Shown here: piece after piece, positions 54,101 through 64,000 of the stretch | How the letters are laid out: each line of letters opens with the position of its first letter | How positions within the stretch are numbered: position 1 is the first letter of the stretch | Assembly: GCA_002633005.1 (NCBI GenBank) | Contig: NMRA01000004.1 | Coordinates: 625,846 to 689,845 of the forward strand | Source of the DNA: Phoronis australis | Lineage: Eukaryota > Animalia > Phoronida | Direction of reading: 5' to 3' | DNA length: 64,000 nt | Position numbers and translations under genes: made by a program | The notes under the pieces: model-generated | The model's input: only the letters and a program-made list of their open reading frames with translations | Databases searched by the model: none | Told to the model about the DNA's origin: nothing

Positions 54101-57100
54101 TTGCACTCCTTGGTCCTTTCTCAACTAGATCAATTATTTCAAAACATCTCAATGCACCAGGATTTCACACCAAAACCACGCACTTATGATCAAAAATCTC
54201 ATTTTAATACTTATTTTACATGGACTTAAAATCAACCTGAACAATAACATTGTTAATAAAAATTATGAAGAATAAGGAAAAACAAAAGACCATTTGAGAT
54301 TCCTTGAGATTGCTACTTCAAATTTCACCAAGCATTATCAGCAGAAAAAAGACTCTTGACATTTGCCATATCTGAATAAGTACAACATATGTAGAAAATT
54401 ATCGGTAAGCTGCGTAACTCAACACCATAAAACAGGCGTGTGGGATTATGCTTGACAGGGAAAAAAAGGCACAGCTTCAGATAGTTAAGACATAAAACAG
54501 GCACAGGTAAAGATTGAAAGGAACACTATATGGCGACAAAACAATTCAAATGCTGTTAAGCGAGATAAAACAAAAATACGAGCTGGCTAAAACTGATGAA
54601 AGAACAATTCTAACCTACAAATGAAAGTGAATGTCAAGTAACTTGAGCAAAATCAGCAACACATCAAACTAACTGAAACGAATGTCAAGCAAGCAAAACC
54701 GATGACAACACTGAATCCCAAGATATCAAATTATGGGATCAGATTATTTTTTGGGTGAATACTATAAAGAATGTAAAACAATACAGGAACACTTTTAAAC
54801 ACAATAGCTATTGAATTTCCATTCATTATGAAACCTAAGAGTCAAAATTGCAAATGGTGATCATTTATTGAACAGACTGTACAATTTAATTAAGATATAA
54901 TACTTTATAAATGTTAATGGTGTCAATTTACTAACAGTTTGGCTACATGGGTGGTAAACAGAGGTGCCAAAAGATTTATTGATGAGAGCCATAAAAGAGC
55001 ATGACTGTACAAACACTCTTTACATAAATAATACAGAAAACGTTTCTTGTTATTCATGAAATTCACCTTATTTATCCCACCTAGAGCGGTTCAGTTGCCT
55101 CGCTACAAAGTGGCTCAACAAAAAGTCACTATAGTGATTGGGGTGTGCTCATCCCAGCCTCCCTCCCATTTCCTAGGCCTGTGTAACTGAAAACCATTAT
55201 GGTGTTCTCCCTTTGACCCCAATTTGTTTGATCAGATGGCAAACAAACAAGTTGGGCGGTTAACCGGCATAGCCAGTATCTTCAGTCAATTTCCCATTAG
55301 AGGCGAAATTTCACTTTTACCAAAGTTTTGGTAAATGGGAAAGGTTAGCTCCGGTAGTTAATCTGCAAATGAAACTTCACTGAAAATAGTAGGCTTTAAA
55401 TGCGGAGCTTTGGTACTCACAGAAACTTCGGTGTAGTGGGAAAGGTCAGAATGAAACTTCACCAAAGTTATTGGTAGAGGTCGCAGCAACGATATACGAT
55501 CACACGAGACTTGCAAAACGTGTTTATTGTTATTGTAGCCTAGCCACATAAGTAAATAACAGAAAGAATATCTGATGAAGTATGACACTCAACATTTTCT
55601 TCGGTTCCATAATTGCTCCAATCAGATAAGATCTTATCTAGCCTGACTTGGCCATCCTGTTAAAAATAAATAAGCGAACAACTGTTCGAACACAAACCAA
55701 TAACAATTCTGAATTCCTTGTCAAATGCTGATCATGTTTAGTTTTTGAATTTCCAAAATCGCCCAACTACAACCGAACACATACCAATGCATTGGGTTTG
55801 ACTGTGTTCATACATGGTCGGTAATAAAGTGCAACCACTATACTTTTCATAATGTTTACATCCATTATACAGATATATAATTCTTATGTTTGATCCAATA
55901 CATTGTTTATAGCATTACATGTGATTTCAATAAAGATATTATGCCTGGTGTGTTGGTTTTATTTAGTTACGCACATTACCATCATGGTCAAATTGCCTAC
56001 AAAGCTAAGGTGACGTGGTTCCTAATGTGCTACAATTTTCGCACGCGGTTTGCCTGATTTCTCCAAAATTTGAAGATGTGTTGTGACTACATAGTTAACT
56101 TTCCCATAAAAATGCAGGTGTTCAGGATCACAGTATGAGCGAGGTTGCTGGAACGGCATAAAACTGGACAAAGACTTCTTATTTCGATTTTTATGCCGAT
56201 GTAGAAATTTACAATTTAATTAAAAATTTTACAATTAAATAGGATTTTCAGCAAAAAATAAGAATTATTCATCTGGATTCCTGAAATTTGACCTTATTTT
56301 TGTGTAAAAATAACCTACACACCCCTTGATAAGGCCTATCCTATGTGCGCAAAGACGGCCAACTTGGTCATTTGCCGATGAAGGTTGAAAGCAAACACCC
56401 CATGGCGTATGAAAATGCACTTGAAGTCCGTGCAAACTTTTAGAATTAGGATACTGAGTGTCTCAAGACCTATTAATGTGAGTTTTATTTCACAAATTAA
56501 ATTTTCACATGTGCCAAAAAATTTAAAACATAGACGTTCAGCACGAAAAAATCATGGATGCAAAACACAAAATGGACGACTTCGACCGCCCTACTCATAG
56601 AACCAGCTATGTCCCAAGGTGAGTTCCTCAGTAATGCGTATGTTTTTGGGTTAAATCCAGAACTAGTGATCCCAAAAAGCAGTGTAGTGAACTCCTCTCA
56701 AAACAAGTGGATGCAGTAGATGCAACAGCTTTTCCGCGCAGAAAAAAAAAACAGCTCAAGAGCACTTCGACTTCTCGTAGTTAATAATGCTTGCTGGAGT
56801 CTACTCCCAGCTGAAGCTAAATCTTTCATGGAACAAGTCCCAATGGCAATGGTGATAAAATGGTTAATGACAAAACGAGAAAACTTGCCATCGACTGCCA
56901 TCATTTATTCATTGCTGTTGTTCAGTTACTGAATGTGGAAAATAGTTCTGCTTGGTTTCAGTAACCATTTGAAGCCTGGTAGATAATTGGCCTGCAGGTT
57001 GCGGTTCCAGACAAAAGACTATGCTCAGCAGTTAACAAAGGAGGTAGATGTTATCACAGGCTCACAGCCGCTCTGTGCATGGTTTTAACTTAAAAGTCAT

Positions 57101-60100
57101 TGAATGGGAGAACGCCCTAATGGTTTTGACATCGCGAAATGTATCTTGCGATTCAACAAAGTCAAATTTAAGACAGAATTCAAAGAAACATCTTTAAATC
57201 TCTTACCTTTGTAAAAGGTTTTCTTCTCCTCGACAAGTTCTGGTAGTTGGATTTCAGCCACAGGGGGCGCTATAGGTGACTGCTTTGACACTTCTGTTAC
57301 AGGAGTGTTGCATGGAGGACCAGTTGGGAGATGAGAACGAATAGTAATGGAAATGGGATTCTTCTCATCCTCAGAGGGTGGCAAGGCTAAAATTATAGAA
57401 GCAATTAATAAGAAAAATGTAATGTATAATAACGTTGTAGAAAAGAATTCCTATCTATATGTTGGCTGAATTTTGCAAAATCATACTTGATAGCAAAAGA
57501 CTTCACTTGTTCTTTTTGTCGAAAGACATCTTCGATTTGGACCACTAACCGTTACAAAAACCAGAAATGCTTTTTTCTTTACTGAAATGATTATTAGGCT
57601 TGAGAAAAACAGTTTGTCACTGGTTCCGATCAGTCTCATTAAATAGGTTGTAATGGCAGGTTACCATTATTTCAGCTGTTGCAGCAGTATGGCGACACCA
57701 AGTTCAACTAACGAGGGATAAGATCACAACTACATTGCCTTGGAAGAGCAAATACTTGTTTGACACTAGACCATGGTTTACAGCCGCTTGTGATTATGCA
57801 GTGATAGCATGTTTTAGCAATGGTGAACATTCTTAGTATTTGAACTGAGAAAGACATTCAGATAAGTGACCTAGTAGTTGTAGTGGGTTGCTGGTTGCTC
57901 ACAATTCCCAATGCTGTTGACAGTAGGTTTATACTCCTATTTACACCTATACCAACTTGTCACCATAAAGATTTATCATGAACAAACTTGGCAGACAGTG
58001 TTAGCCAGCAAAGAGACTCAAAATTGCCAGTAGGGGGTGCCACAGTAGTAAGACTCGTCTTGAAATCAACTTCAGTTGTATACTCCTAAACAGGTACACT
58101 TAATTCCATAACACCCATCAGCTTGCTGTATATTCAAACATAGACAAAAAACAAAAAATAAATTACTACTAGGAGGCACCACGACAGTCACACCTTGCTG
58201 AAAATAAAGGTCAGTCATGTTTACTTCAAGAGGAACATGTCTAAAAAATTTCATAATAATCCTTCAAGCAATTAGGAAAATATAAGAATAAAAATGGCCA
58301 CTAGAGTGTACAGATTACATGGAATCGATCCGAAAATGGGAGGGTGTTGCCATGTCCTTAACAACAGGGAGTACAGCCATTGTTGAATCTGCCCAATCAT
58401 TTGCATACCAGCAATAATATGTAAATGTCAACACAAATGCCTGAACATCCATCAAGGCATTTTGCAAGTTCCGATGGAGAGGATGGCAAGGTGCACGTGG
58501 GCACATAAAAACTGAAGTTTAATATTAATACATTACTTTTAAGATTATGAAGTTTCTGGTCAATTACTGCAAAAATCCCATTTCTCAGACCAACAAAACT
58601 CCAGAGAACAAGTTGTCTCTGCAAATCAACGGGAGCACCTGGAAAAGCTAGGTTTCTATTTGTGAATAGCACTACAGTAGACTTTTAATGATGTACATAC
58701 CAAAGAATTCGTAGCTGAACCAAGCACATTTATTTTATGAAATATTGCTTATTGTTAACAATAGCAAGTGCCATCAGCTCTGAACCAAATGTATTTTTGA
58801 ATTGGCAAATAATTGTTACCTGAATTTCCCAGTCAACAAAATTTGAAAAAGCCCTCCAGTATTAGGCAACTATTAACGCCACCTTAAATTTCAAACTTGG
58901 ATACTCACTGTATTTGAGCCTGTGGCCATAAGGAGGTTTGGAGAGGCTTTGGTAGGGTGTAATTTATCCACAAGATTGTGTATTAAATGTCCAAAATTTT
59001 TGAAAACGCTTGCTTAACCTTGTACACAGATTACTCGAGGCATCAATCAGTTGTCCTAAGGCTAATTATACACACACAAATTAGCCAAAGTATCAGTTTA
59101 ACATGATTCATGGTATACATATGGCAACCAGTAAACCTAAACAGTCTGACACTGACCCAGCAGCTCAAACACTAAAAACAGTAAATCTTGTCGTGAATTG
59201 AGACAAAATAAAAGAGATGGCAACTGGTCAAATTCAAAGATTATTTTGGTCAGTATTTAATATATGTTAGTTTTTTGTAACATTGCAAAATTAAGTTGAA
59301 AGGTCTTACAGGCTACACATAATAATGAAAACCATGATAAACCATAGTCAGGTGTCAAAAACATCAATTCTCTTCATAGGCACATTTGTTCATTCAAAGC
59401 TATGTAGTGGCGTTCTTATCTTTCACTAAAATTAAAAGAAATTAATCATCTAAAATTTCCCCAACTGCCATGCTGTCATGGCGACTTAAACAAGACTGCC
59501 ATTACAAGCAACTTAAGGGCCTGGTTTGAAGAACAGTGTTTTTGAGATTTCATCTTGAAATATATAAAATGAAATTTGGTCAGATAACCTACTCTGTTTT
59601 TTTACTATGAATGTACCCTTCTTGGCCAAGCTCTATTAAACGTCATTGTCATGTGACCTAATCAATGGCAGACCGGGTGTAAAGCTAAAAATCAAATCCT
59701 ACAGTCTTTCTACTTTTGGAGAATGCTTTTACTGTGTTAAATTTTATAGGTTCACACATTTGCTGACGAGGTCCTAAATAATTTTAATAACTTGTATTGA
59801 CGGGAATATCAGTTTATGCGCTTAAAGCATAAAGGCCAATGGACAGCTAGTTACTCCATCTAGCATTCAGAAACAGAACTAGCACATAAAGACAAGCGTC
59901 ATCAACCTGGCCTACTGAGCCGTGTCTCAAGCAGTAATAGCATGCTGGCTATAAGCAATGTTTGAGTCAAACCTGTGTAGTAGACATGGGATGGCACGTT
60001 GCTGAACTTCTTAACGATCTTCTCAGGCTCTTTGTAAGGAGGTGGGCCGTCTCTACGGAAGTAAGAGTAACCCCCACCAATCCTGACAGGTCTGTCGCGT

Positions 60101-62330
60101 AGAGGGCTGTAACAACACAGGGGAGTTATCAACATCACTGCTTCTGTGAATACCTTTTTGTAGCAACTAAAAGTCCGGTTGAATATCACAAATTCCAGGC
60201 AAAAACAATTGTCAAAAATTATTCATGCCACAAAGTCCTTTAACATTGCTGTGCATGTCCACAATTTTCCAACGGTAGTTATGGCACAAAACTTCAACAT
60301 CGTAAAAGCATTGATATTAAGCTACATAATTATCCTTTTAAAAAATAAAAAAATAAAATAAAATTAAAAAAAAAATTTAAAAAAATAAAATTTCACTTGT
60401 CCACCATATTGTGTCCTAAATTGGTGACATTTCACTACATTGGCATTTTAATTAAAATTATGCTACGCAAACTCCTTCCAAAAGATAAAATAAAGTCTTG
60501 AAAGTAGAAAATGATTTGTCACGGAAAAATTTTTATCGACAATTTTATAGCTATCTGAAATTTATTATTTGTGGATGCATTATTGATGTTGGAAATTATT
60601 TCTGTTTAGAAATATAATTTATACTACATCTTGAAATAAACTAGCATAAAAAGCACAAATTGTGAGGAAAACACCTGGGTCTCAAACCAAGAGCTTTAAG
60701 ACATCCACTGAATCTTTCACAAATCAATAACAGTTTAAACTTTAAGTAAAAGACTTCCATGATAGGGAAGACATTTCATAATGAGAACATTTAACAAATC
60801 AATAAGACCGGAAGTCATGTGGGAGAATGACAATTGACTAAAAACCTAATAGTCTAATTGATTTGCAACAAATATGTTGATGAAAGCTTATCCAGAAAGC
60901 TAAACATCATTCCACCATCATAGCCATGAGTAACAGTTCAGCTTCTTTTATTAAGTGTTGTGTTGTTGTTCTCTCAATAGCAAGTCATCCAGTTGCCATG
61001 GAATCATAAAAGTCTCCCATTAGGTGCAAACGTTAATTGCTGCATACTTTTAAACTACACCTACTTATAATCTTTGCTGTGTCTCTTGGACGTCTGGCAC
61101 CCTTTTCCGCCATTGCACAACTTCAAATATTGCCGACAACCATAACAAAACTCAGGAACTGCGTAGTTACGTATTCTATGATCTGTCTCTGATAAGTAAC
61201 GCAGGTGTAAAATAGCCTGCTCAACAAATGGTAGGTAGGTCTTGCGTAGTCTTGCCTTTGTAACCAATGACGAAAATTCGCCCAGCGTGTCTAGGTTTTG
61301 ATAGCTCACACTGAAAACAAAAAAAAAATAATAACTTATTGACCGATGATCTCTGACCTTGGTAAGGTATAGATTCTAAAATAGCGATCACCGAAAAGCA
61401 TTAGTGGCAACAGTTGAAGCTTACTTTTCATTCTGCAGCAAAAAGCCGGGCAACTCTCTGACTTAGACCACTACCCCTCTTCAAACTCATCATGTCATAT
61501 TTCTTAGAGAAGAGGACATACCTCTGAGCTTGGGAGTAACTGACAGTTCCTACGGAGATTTCTAAATCTGAGTAAGAAACGATATTTGCATCATACATTT
61601 AGTGGTCTTGAAAGCCGCTATAAACTTGCATACTGTTGAAGAAACTATCTTTTGATTTAGACCACTAGTTCGTTACTCGGACAATAAGTGATTTTTGGTC
61701 TTGCAAATAGCAAACAGGTCGTTAGTGCTCCAGACCAAGCAAATAACACCTTGGCAAATCAACTTTTAGAACAACTGATCTCAAGCAATAATGACAGTCA
61801 GTTCTTTCCATGCCTAGAAATCGCATCTAATTTGACTGAGGAATAAAATGCGACCAATTTCCTAACAGCAAGTGGTCTAAATCATTTAGGCCACTTGTCG
61901 TTCTAAAGTTGGTCTTATTATGTTCCTTAATCACCTAAGAAGTAATCTCAGAGTTTAGGAAGAACTGCCAAGTTTGTTAGCCAACTTATATATTCACACC
62001 ATCACTTGGAATTTTATGACCTTGGTCTGAAGAAATAAGAAACTGCCACTTCTTTCTAAGGCAACTGACTATATGAACAATTTGAGACCAATTTCGAAAA
62101 TGGTAAATGGCTTAGATCAAGACTTTTTTGACACTAATAGCACAGGTTGAATGACGCTTTAAGGTTACGTGGGACACTAGACAAAAGTCCAAATTTGACC
62201 AACTTGGAAAGATCACATCTCTGAAATGGTCGATCGGATTCATATGAAACTCTCAGATTTACAGCTGTTCTCTAAAACCTACTTACGTGTTACGGATTGC
62301 AGGTAAAACAAGCTCTGTGGTGGTCAAATC
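20974..62330 (-). CDS. Uncharacterised multi-exon gene: proline-rich protein with C-terminal EF-hand region (29 or more exons, 1366 or more aa; start not resolved)
   Basis: 29 GT-AG exons with matching phases summing to 4101 nt (divisible by 3), ending at TGA 20974-20976; EF-hand-like loops NPDEDVELNFEE and DRGGRGTIEYLD. Confidence 0.85.
22176..22292 (-). CDS. Gene 2 exon (ELFCLLC...ELSAGGLSKENIDY)
   Basis: tttcag/, /gtaagt, phase 0-0. Confidence 0.88.
22747..22816 (-). CDS. Gene 2 exon (PFIKKLINKFDYEALDIKMERSK)
   Basis: tttcag/, /gtaagt, phase 2-0. Confidence 0.88.
23057..23293. repeat. Degenerate trinucleotide (GAY/GGY/TAY) repeat in an intron
   Basis: Recurrent ggttatgacgatgat units; generates low-complexity ORFs on both strands. 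Confidence 0.85.
23350..23435 (-). CDS. Gene 2 exon (ILDLPGRKKINLKMFGCVAALSEKVTQV)
   Basis: ttcag/, /gtgagt, phase 0-2. Confidence 0.88.
24158..24375 (-). CDS. Gene 2 exon, EF-hand 1 (FNKFNPDEDVELNFEEVEDAL)
   Basis: tttcag/, /gtgagc, phase 1-0. Confidence 0.88.
24847..24943 (-). CDS. Gene 2 exon (VCEEAPIKTLD...MDLLE)
   Basis: ttcag/, /gtgggc, phase 0-1. Confidence 0.8.
25645..25915. mobile_element. MITE family A (TGATTTAGACCA...TGGTCTAAATCA)
   Basis: ~45-bp imperfect TIRs; internal sequence similar to 61653-61884. Confidence 0.75.
25988..26176 (-). CDS. Gene 2 exon (KSKMDKYLEQAH...KLLQA)
   Basis: ttctag/, /gtgagt, phase 0-0. Confidence 0.85.
26799..26893 (-). CDS. Gene 2 exon (ERQKMVLAIAKKKFP...KTKK)
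   Basis: ttgcag/, AAG/gtaata, phase 1-0. Confidence 0.85.
27482..27584 (-). CDS. Gene 2 exon (GTNVEDFEVAK...LDEIE)
   Basis: ttgcag/, /gtgagt, phase 0-1. Confidence 0.85.
28037..28277 (-). CDS. Gene 2 exon (PDRLPVYERIF...YQKEP)
   Basis: ttccag/, /gtaagt, phase 2-0. Confidence 0.85.
28756..28860 (-). CDS. Gene 2 exon (EKKKRK...GNPLDYLAKYCII)
   Basis: gacag/, /gtaagt, phase 2-2. Confidence 0.85.
29369..29457 (-). CDS. Gene 2 exon (TPPPLPDPELEMPLPRKRRPRPRILPKKN)
   Basis: cttcag/, AG/gttagt, phase 0-2. Confidence 0.8.
30110..30283 (-). CDS. Gene 2 exon (PISLSPEPEVERELSF...PAKTL)
   Basis: tatag/, /gtatgt, phase 0-0. Confidence 0.85.
31782..31931. mobile_element. Harbinger-type MITE, CAG target-site duplication
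   Basis: TIRs ggcccagttgcataaa / ggctgagttgcataaa; CAG at 31779-31781 and 31932-31934. Confidence 0.7.
32368..32448 (-). CDS. Gene 2 exon (SPVGEESTMETV...QSES)
   Basis: ttgcag/, /gttaat, phase 0-0. Confidence 0.65.
33073..33191 (-). CDS. Gene 2 exon (PVPIPPPEPPKPPVRKEVKKRKKP...PAPP)
   Basis: gacag/, /gtgagt, phase 1-0. Confidence 0.8.
34070..34195 (-). CDS. Gene 2 poly-Pro exon (PEPVCEV...KEPTP)
   Basis: tttcag/, /gtgagt, phase 1-1. Confidence 0.85.
34634..34699 (-). CDS. Gene 2 exon (PIREPTPPPPQPSSPPKSPTP)
   Basis: tttcag/, /gtatgg, phase 1-1. Confidence 0.8.
35598..36170 (-). CDS. Gene 2 Ser/Pro-rich exon (SEAQMVETD...RILAP)
   Basis: aacag/, CAG/gtgatc, phase 1-1; ORF 35578..36246; contains an 18-nt tandem repeat (SPVLIT). 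Confidence 0.75.
36749..39306 (-). CDS. Giant alternative terminal exon of gene 2, or nested single-exon gene: 851-aa Ser/Thr/Pro-rich protein with internal repeats
   Basis: 2.56-kb stop-free frame; acceptor ccag/ at 39307-39309 in phase 1 directly before gccATGG; ends at TAG; repeats differ mainly at synonymous positions. Confidence 0.85.
40145..40291 (-). CDS. Gene 2 exon (LEPQPEPTP...SSSLHE)
   Basis: ctccag/, /gtgcgc, phase 1-1. Confidence 0.75.
40865..40917 (-). CDS. Gene 2 exon (PIPPAPSVDSGVQSVTP)
   Basis: ttgcag/, /gtacgt, phase 2-1. Confidence 0.8.
41537..41703 (-). CDS. Gene 2 Pro-rich exon (SPSPPPQP...SPEPEVE)
   Basis: ttcag/, /gtgagt, phase 0-2. Confidence 0.85.
46378..46491 (-). 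CDS. Gene 2 exon (EPKKFELK...APTPK)
   Basis: ttgcag/, /gtagta, phase 0-0. Confidence 0.8.
47237..47409 (-). CDS. Gene 2 exon (PKAFTVKPREKK...ESTYK)
   Basis: ttttcag/, /gtaatt, phase 1-0. Confidence 0.85.
48794..48874 (-). CDS. Gene 2 exon (ENKIDTSTYLALERATRDRDSYVSMYK)
   Basis: ctgcag/, /gtgacc, phase 1-1. Confidence 0.75.
51275..51355 (-). CDS. Same 81-nt candidate exon, copy A (probably an allelic duplicate)
   Basis: Identical to 53330-53410; lies inside the N-split duplication. Confidence 0.4.
53330..53410 (-). CDS. Gene 2 candidate 81-nt exon (VYKSLRAVKAILHERHLRHLLFRRLHR), copy B
   Basis: Strong acceptor ttttcctgttgcag/, donor G/gtgaat, phase 1-1; identical in both copies of the duplicated segment. 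Confidence 0.55.
57207..57386 (-). CDS. Gene 2 exon (LPPSEDEK...KTFYK)
   Basis: tttag/, /gtaaga, phase 1-1. Confidence 0.8.
59973..60106 (-). CDS. Gene 2 exon (PLRDRPVRIGGGYSYFRR...YYT)
   Basis: acag/, /gtttga, phase 2-1. Confidence 0.8.
61065..61310 (-). CDS. Gene 2 exon (VSYQNLDTL...FCYGCRQYLKLC...KDY)
   Basis: ttttcag/, /gtaggt, phase 2-2; ORF 61061..61309. Confidence 0.8.
61653..61884. mobile_element. MITE family A, second copy
   Basis: Same termini; internal aataagtgatttttggtcttgcaaa matches the 25.7-kb copy. Confidence 0.7.
61885..62118. mobile_element. Related MITE abutting the family A copy
   Basis: Right end aacaatttgagaccaatttc...gtaaatggcttagatc is the reverse complement of the family A left TIR; left end tttaggccac is degenerate. 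Confidence 0.55.
62287..62330 (-). CDS. Gene 2 exon (DLTTTELVLPAIRN)
   Basis: tgtag/ ... /gtaagt, phase 0-2, matches next exon. Confidence 0.65.
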
Positions 62331-64000
62331 CTACAACAACGAAATAGTAGACAAAGTGTAGAAACAAAAATACTCATGCTGTGAACTGTGTGAACACTGT
62401 TCAAATAACTCAGATTTGAAAATGAAACAGGCAACCACAACACCTTTCCTAGCTCCCTCAAATGTGTGGCATTTATGAAGAAATGTGATTTTCAAAACAG
62501 AAGAGCTACAAACAAATTTTCGTGCTCCCCAACTTCGTCCCATGAGAGCTTATCTCACTCTTTTTGTAACACACAACTCATATAGATGTAATACATATAT
62601 TTGATCATATAATAAGTGAGGGGTATGTTCTAAAAGTATAGATATTAGCTTCCGTGTGGTTTTCATGTTTTTATTCCGATCAGTGAGGCCACGAAACTGC
62701 CATTTAGTCACATGTCCCTCCATAAATACATTAAGTAATCTCATGGGGCACAAAGTGACGACCCGAACCCGCATTTTTGGGATATTCGAAAATTTCACTT
62801 CAGACTCTGAGTTGTCCCAAGCCAATAAAGTCTGTTCGCAAAATTTTCATATACCAGAGAAACTTCCGGTCACCATAAATGCATCGCGCTGAGTAGGCCC
62901 GTGGCTGTTGCGATAATGAAAATACCACTATAGACGACTGCCGTCGTCCCCCGGGTCATCCCCTAGGTCCGACAATTTTTTTTACCACGACGCCTCGGGA
63001 AGCGGATTTAGTTTTATCACTCGGTGAATTCATTTGGCTGCGTCGTCTGATATAATCTCTACATTTCTAAACTTGTATAACTGGAAGGAGCAAGGATATC
63101 ACCTGTGACTAGGCCCACAGTGGCACGCTTAGTTGGCTTAATTAGTTTCTATCCACCGTTTGAACAGTGAATGTCCAATTAATACACACCCGTTTGATGT
63201 CCAAAAGAGAACACTTCATGTGCACTATACGCTAAACCAAACCTGCAGTAGGGTTGTCAGTATTTCCGTTTTTTTTTCAAGGAATACAAATCTGAGTAGT
63301 CTTTCTCATTCTTTTTAATTATTTAAACTTAATTAGTTCTTTTCTGACACTAAGAACGTTTCCCGGACGGCGAGATGACTCTGCTTATTTAATTCATCGT
63401 TGCTAGGAGCCTACCAAGAAATGTTACATTTAATAAGAATTTCGTCTGTAGTGACCATTTGAATATTATCCGTGAGTCGAGGTATCTGGTCAACGACATC
63501 AACTTAGATGATATATCCCTAGTTTCGAAATAACGTTATCTTCATGAAACAATTAAATAACTTGTGAATCGTTTAAGTACGGTTCAAAATCGGAGTCGCA
63601 ACACGGAAATTTCAATTTGTTATGTGAATTGATATGTCAGTTTCATTATTCAGGATTCCAAACTTTATAAAGATTTGATAACTGATGAAAATTATCTTAA
63701 CAGTAAATATGGAATCTTGAACGGAGAAAAAAACACGTTTGCTCGTAATTTGAACGTTTTATCTAAAAACGCAACTGACATGTATTTGTCATTGGAAATT
63801 CGACCCATCTAGTCTTGCTGATAATTTAATTCGTGTCTTTAAAGAACAACTATCTGAGTTTTTTAGGATTAACATCAGATTTTATTTTATTATTGCGTGA
63901 CACTAGGACTTTCAACTCTGCCATTTTATTCCAATACACGAATTTTTTCTCAGCCGATTCATTACATTCTTTACCTGATGGCATATTACGCGTGTAATCT

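Noticed and set aside
58908-59015. Possible exon (..VFKNFGHLIHNLVDKLHPTKASPNLLMATGSNT/gtgagt)
   Set aside because: Weak acceptor; its phase-0 end does not fit the next phase-1 exon, and the flanking exons join without it.

Overview
AT-rich, intron-containing animal (probably invertebrate) genomic DNA; no prokaryotic features, RNA genes or CRISPR were found. Two large spliced genes lie on the minus strand, and their exons were reconstructed by hand from GT-AG sites and codon-phase continuity. (1) At 128-14909 is the 5' part of a polycystin-1 (PKD1)-like gene with 7 exons: signal peptide, LRRNT-LRR-LRRCT, WSC, PKD, a Cys-rich segment, about 15 PKD repeats in one 5.2-kb exon, and the start of REJ. 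It runs off the left edge and apparently lacks the C-type lectin module of vertebrate PKD1. (2) At 20974-62330 is a gene of at least 29 exons (4101 nt, 1366 or more aa, start not resolved) encoding an uncharacterised protein with a modular Pro/Ser/Thr-rich middle and a C-terminal calmodulin-like EF-hand region. One of its introns carries an in-phase 2.56-kb exon or nested ORF (851 aa, stop-terminated) with an unfamiliar ~80-aa repeat conserved at the protein level. Also present are two tandem duplications split by a single N (probable assembly artefacts), several MITEs, a possible SINE, a degenerate trinucleotide repeat and RFX X-box-like motifs.
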